Below, in pieces: positions 19,810 through 23,045 of a stretch of DNA of 23,045 nt. The position numbers and the translations under genes were made by a program. The stretch lies in NCBI GenBank assembly GCA_003166335.1, contig PMWA01000082.1, positions 1 to 23,045 on the forward strand. The letters are read 5' to 3'. Under the pieces are notes generated by a model that saw only the letters and a list, made by a program, of their open reading frames with translations, made no database searches and had not been told where the DNA came from. The stretch is from Methanobacterium sp. GTDB taxonomy: Archaea; Methanobacteriota; Methanobacteria; Methanobacteriales; Methanobacteriaceae. Numbering within the stretch: the stretch's first letter is position 1; each line of letters begins with the position of its first letter.

Positions 19810-20511
19810 ATGAAAACACGTATTGTTGAGGTTTTTTCAAGCATTCAAGGTGAAGGTAAACTTCTAGGGAGAAGACAGATATTTGTAAGATTTTCTGGAT
19901 GTAACTTGGAATGCAACTACTGTGACACTATTAAAAGTAGAGATCCTTTCTATGGTGAAGATATATCTGTAAAAGAATTATTCAATAAAATAAAGAAGAT
20001 TATAACGCCTGACTTTCATTCTATTTCTCTAACTGGTGGTGAACCTCTTTTACACGCAGATTTTATAAAAGAATTCTTGGATAAATATTATTTTGATGCT
20101 CTTCTAGAAACTAATGGTTCGTTACCTTACGAGTTGGAGAAAATAGTGGATTTAATAAAATATGCATCGGTAGATATAAAATTACCCGAACATGAGGCTG
20201 TTTTTGAGTGGAATGATCTCCTCAATAATGAGCTAGAATCCATAAACCTATTAATAAAAGAGGGCATAAATACTAACTGTAAGATTGTTGTGTTACCTTC
20301 CACAAAAGTGGACACAGTAGGATTTATAGCCTCTAAATTGGCTGATGAAGTTGAAGACATTTCAAAATTGTCCTTGATCATTCAACCGTCAAGTCCTCTT
20401 TATAATTGGGAGAAACATCATACTAAATTATTTAGATTCTCTGAAAAAGCAGGGAATTATTTAGATGTTTTTATAATACCTCAGATTCATAAACTTCTAA
20501 ATATAAGATAG
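19810..20511 (+). CDS. queE: 7-carboxy-7-deazaguanine synthase (radical SAM)
   Basis: [40 protein letters not shown] and PQIHK motifs. Alternative start at 19804. Confidence 0.92.
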   Translation: MKTRIVEVFSSIQGEGKLLGRRQIFVRFSGCNLECNYCDTIKSRDPFYGEDISVKELFNKIKKIITPDFHSISLTGGEPLLHADFIKEFLDKYYFDALLETNGSLPYELEKIVDLIKYASVDIKLPEHEAVFEWNDLLNNELESINLLIKEGINTNCKIVVLPSTKVDTVGFIASKLADEVEDISKLSLIIQPSSPLYNWEKHHTKLFRFSEKAGNYLDVFIIPQIHKLLNIR

Positions 20512-20522
20512 GAGGTTTTCTA

Positions 20523-21080
20523 ATGGAAATAGATACCAAAGTTACAGTACATGACGCTATGACATCGAATGTAATAACAGTAAGTCCCGTAGCCAGTGTT
20601 GCAGAGGCAGCCTTATTAATGACTAAATTTAAAATAGGCAGCCTCATAGTAAAAAGCAACTCTGAACCTGAAGGATTGATTACTGAAAGTGATATCATCA
20701 GAAAAGTAGTTTCAAAGGATTTAAAAGCAAGCGAAATAACTATAGATGAAATTATGACCAAAAACCTCATATCAATCCAACCTGGAAGTGAATTAAACGA
20801 AGCTGCTAGAGTTATGGCTAAAAATAACATAAGAAGATTGCCGGTTGTTAAAAGCGGATCTCTGGTAGGTATACTTACTTCAACTGATGTTTTGATGGTT
20901 TCTCCTGAATTAACAGAGCTTCTGGTGGAAAATGCCAGAATGGAGAATCAAAACGGATATTCTACAGATATAAATCCATTCCAAGGCGTTTGTGAGGGTT
21001 GTGGTAATTTTATGGATAATATAAATGAAATTGATGGTAAATTTCTTTGTGAGGAATGTAAAGAAGATGTACAGGGGTGA
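20523..21080 (+). CDS. CBS-pair protein with C-terminal zinc ribbon
   Basis: Two CBS repeats ([16 protein letters not shown]) plus GVCEGCG...FLCEECK. GGAGG RBS, 11 nt after queE. Confidence 0.9.
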   Translation: MEIDTKVTVHDAMTSNVITVSPVASVAEAALLMTKFKIGSLIVKSNSEPEGLITESDIIRKVVSKDLKASEITIDEIMTKNLISIQPGSELNEAARVMAKNNIRRLPVVKSGSLVGILTSTDVLMVSPELTELLVENARMENQNGYSTDINPFQGVCEGCGNFMDNINEIDGKFLCEECKEDVQG

Positions 21081-21901
21081 ATAATTTGAGCAAAGTGGAA
21101 GAAATTATGACAACAAATCCTTTAACAGTTTCTATTAACACTCAAGCTACTAAGGTAAGATCCCTATTTCGAGAAGATGGCTACAGATCAATTCCTGTAG
21201 TGTCAAACAATCATCTCGAAGGCATTATAACCAGGGGAGATATGATGAACATCTCTTCAACAAAGTCTAATATAGAAGCTCGGGGAATAATGGAGCATCC
21301 CAAAATAATTGCAACACCGGACATGCCTATGTTGGAGCTCGCCAGAAAATTACTTAAAGCTGACACATTACAGGCTCCAGTGGTTGAATCTAATAATAAT
21401 ATGCACGTAGTAGGTATTGTTAGTGTAATAGACATTCTACGGAAACTAGTATACGATGGAGCTCAACCCAAAGATGAAAACATAGGGGAAATAGCCACAA
21501 AAAAAGTTGTAAGCTGTAATTATGATGATTCCATATCTAAAGTATGGGATTTGATGGATGAAACCGGATTTTCAGGTCTTCCAGTTATTAAAAAGAAGAA
21601 AATAATTGGAATGATAACCAGAAAAGATATTATTAAATCCGGTCACGTTAGGATAGTGAAAGAATCCGATGAAATCAAACGATCCATAAAGGTGGAGAAG
21701 ATTATGAAAACCCCTCCATTAATAGCCACACCTCAAAGCACTATTCTTGATGTAGCTCAAATCATGTTAGAAAATGATATAGGGCGATTACCAGTAGTTG
21801 AACATCCAGTACACATAAAAAAAGAACCAAGCAGAATAACAAAAGCAGATTTAGTGGGTATAGTGGCAAGAGAAGATATTTTATGGTCATATCTAAAATG
21901 A
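21077..21901 (+). CDS. Four-CBS-domain protein
   Basis: GIITRGD, GIVSVID, GMITRKD and GIVARED CBS motifs. GTGA overlap with the previous gene. Confidence 0.9.
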   Translation: MNNLSKVEEIMTTNPLTVSINTQATKVRSLFREDGYRSIPVVSNNHLEGIITRGDMMNISSTKSNIEARGIMEHPKIIATPDMPMLELARKLLKADTLQAPVVESNNNMHVVGIVSVIDILRKLVYDGAQPKDENIGEIATKKVVSCNYDDSISKVWDLMDETGFSGLPVIKKKKIIGMITRKDIIKSGHVRIVKESDEIKRSIKVEKIMKTPPLIATPQSTILDVAQIMLENDIGRLPVVEHPVHIKKEPSRITKADLVGIVAREDILWSYLK

Positions 21902-22059
21902 ATTTCCATAAAATAATCAATTTAAGAAACATTGGCATAAAATGTAACTAAAAAAAAACCTAATTTTTTTATGATTTTATACTTAAAAAATGGAATTGAA
22001 TTAATTTTTAACTCAAAATAAAGCGGGGATAAACAAATTTATCTTATGAGGTGTAATCA

Positions 22060-23007
22060 ATGAGAAAAAGAGAAACAATAAATAAATCTATGGAACGAAA
22101 TAAATCTATGGAACGCGGTTCATTAGAGTTTGAATCACATAATTCTGAACATGAAGGAGATGTGATGAGCATAGCTAAAAAAGTGGTAGTCACTGCACCT
22201 CAAAGTACTACCATAAAAGAAGCTGCTGAAACAATGGTTAAAAATAAATTTAGACGACTTCCAATAACTGATCCCGGAACAGGGAAAATCCAAGGAATTG
22301 TAACTTCCATGGATATACTGGACTTTTTGGGAGGCGGGGATAAATACAAAATTTTGGAAGAAAAATACGAAGGCAACTTCCTAGCTGCTGTAAATGATTC
22401 TGTAAAACAAATAATGACTAGAAGGGTACATGTTTTACGAGATAAAGATTCTATTCATGATGCAGCACTCAAAATGATTGAAAAAAGAGTAGGAGCACTT
22501 CCAGTAATAGACTCTCAAGATAAAATTGTGGGAATAGTTTCAGAAAGAGATTTTGTAATGCTTATGGCTGGTGTTTTAACTGATGAAGTAGTGGAGGATT
22601 ATATGACCGAAAATACAATCTCCACCACTCCGGGCACTAGGATAGAAGGTGCATCTAAGATAATGGTTCGAAACAATCTCCGCAGGATTCCGGTGATTGG
22701 AGAAGAGCGGAAAACACCACACCCAGAAAAGGATAAGATCGTAGGTATTGTAACTGCAACGGATATCATAGAATTTTTGGGGGAAAATAGAGCATTCAGT
22801 CGTAGTAACAATGCAGAAGAAATTTTGAACACTACCATTACAGAAATCATGGAAAAAGAAGTTATAGCCACTACCACACAGGCCAGATTAGGAGATATAT
22901 GCCAATTAATGGGAGATATGGGTGTGGGAGGTTTACCTGTAGTTTATGGTGATGAATTACAAGGTATAATAACTGAAAACGATATTCTAAGGGCTATAAA
23001 GGGATGA
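22060..23007 (+). CDS. Four-CBS-domain protein (AMPK-gamma-like archaeal type)
   Basis: GIVTSMD, GIVSERD, GIVTATD and GIITEND motifs with RRLP/RRIP elements. GAGGTG RBS. Confidence 0.92.
   Translation: MRKRETINKSMERNKSMERGSLEFESHNSEHEGDVMSIAKKVVVTAPQSTTIKEAAETMVKNKFRRLPITDPGTGKIQGIVTSMDILDFLGGGDKYKILEEKYEGNFLAAVNDSVKQIMTRRVHVLRDKDSIHDAALKMIEKRVGALPVIDSQDKIVGIVSERDFVMLMAGVLTDEVVEDYMTENTISTTPGTRIEGASKIMVRNNLRRIPVIGEERKTPHPEKDKIVGIVTATDIIEFLGENRAFSRSNNAEEILNTTITEIMEKEVIATTTQARLGDICQLMGDMGVGGLPVVYGDELQGIITENDILRAIKG
22080..22115 (+). repeat. Perfect 18-bp tandem duplication within the CBS gene 5' end
   Basis: aaataaatctatggaacg twice, encoding NKSMER-NKSMER in frame. Confidence 0.9.
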
Positions 23008-23017
23008 AAAATCCTCA

Positions 23018-23024
23018 TTTTTTT
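23018..23024 (+). terminator. T-tract terminator candidate after the last CBS gene
   Basis: T7 run starting 11 nt after the stop codon. Confidence 0.35.
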
Positions 23025-23045
23025 AGCAGAATATTTATTTCATAA

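Noticed and set aside
19264..20511. dpd-type DNA 7-deazaguanine modification or defence island
   Set aside because: No dpdA/tgt-like, dpdB-K, helicase or nuclease genes and no mobility signs. The context is housekeeping, consistent with archaeosine precursor synthesis.

Overview
AT-rich archaeal DNA, almost certainly from a Methanobacteriaceae methanogen (Methanobacterium-like). The basis is the gene content, GGTGA/GGAGG ribosome-binding sites, TTTATA TATA boxes and T-tract terminators. In order, the window holds: the 3' end of nnr (NAD(P)H-hydrate repair); a pyridoxamine-5'-phosphate-oxidase-like flavoprotein; a BofA-like membrane protein; argG; an M14 deacylase; a decayed YdjM-type membrane hydrolase; the complete 17-gene energy-converting [NiFe]-hydrogenase B cluster (ehbA-Q); a small islet (hypothetical, DUF6448-like, cupin); hom; a pol-beta-type nucleotidyltransferase; DUF366-queD-queE; and three CBS-domain genes. 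It is mostly conserved housekeeping DNA, and I saw no tRNA, rRNA, CRISPR array, integrase or transposase. The best lead for undescribed biology is a DUF366 protein with lipoate/biotin-ligase-like motifs heading a queD-queE (7-deazapurine) unit. That unit runs straight into a CBS adenylate-sensor cluster and lies head-to-head with an orphan nucleotidyltransferase. Other leads are two palindromic operator-like elements at the ehb promoter, a cryptic pseudogene with compensating frameshifts, and a Gly-to-Ser change in the ArgG PP-loop. All family assignments come from motif recognition by eye, not database searches.
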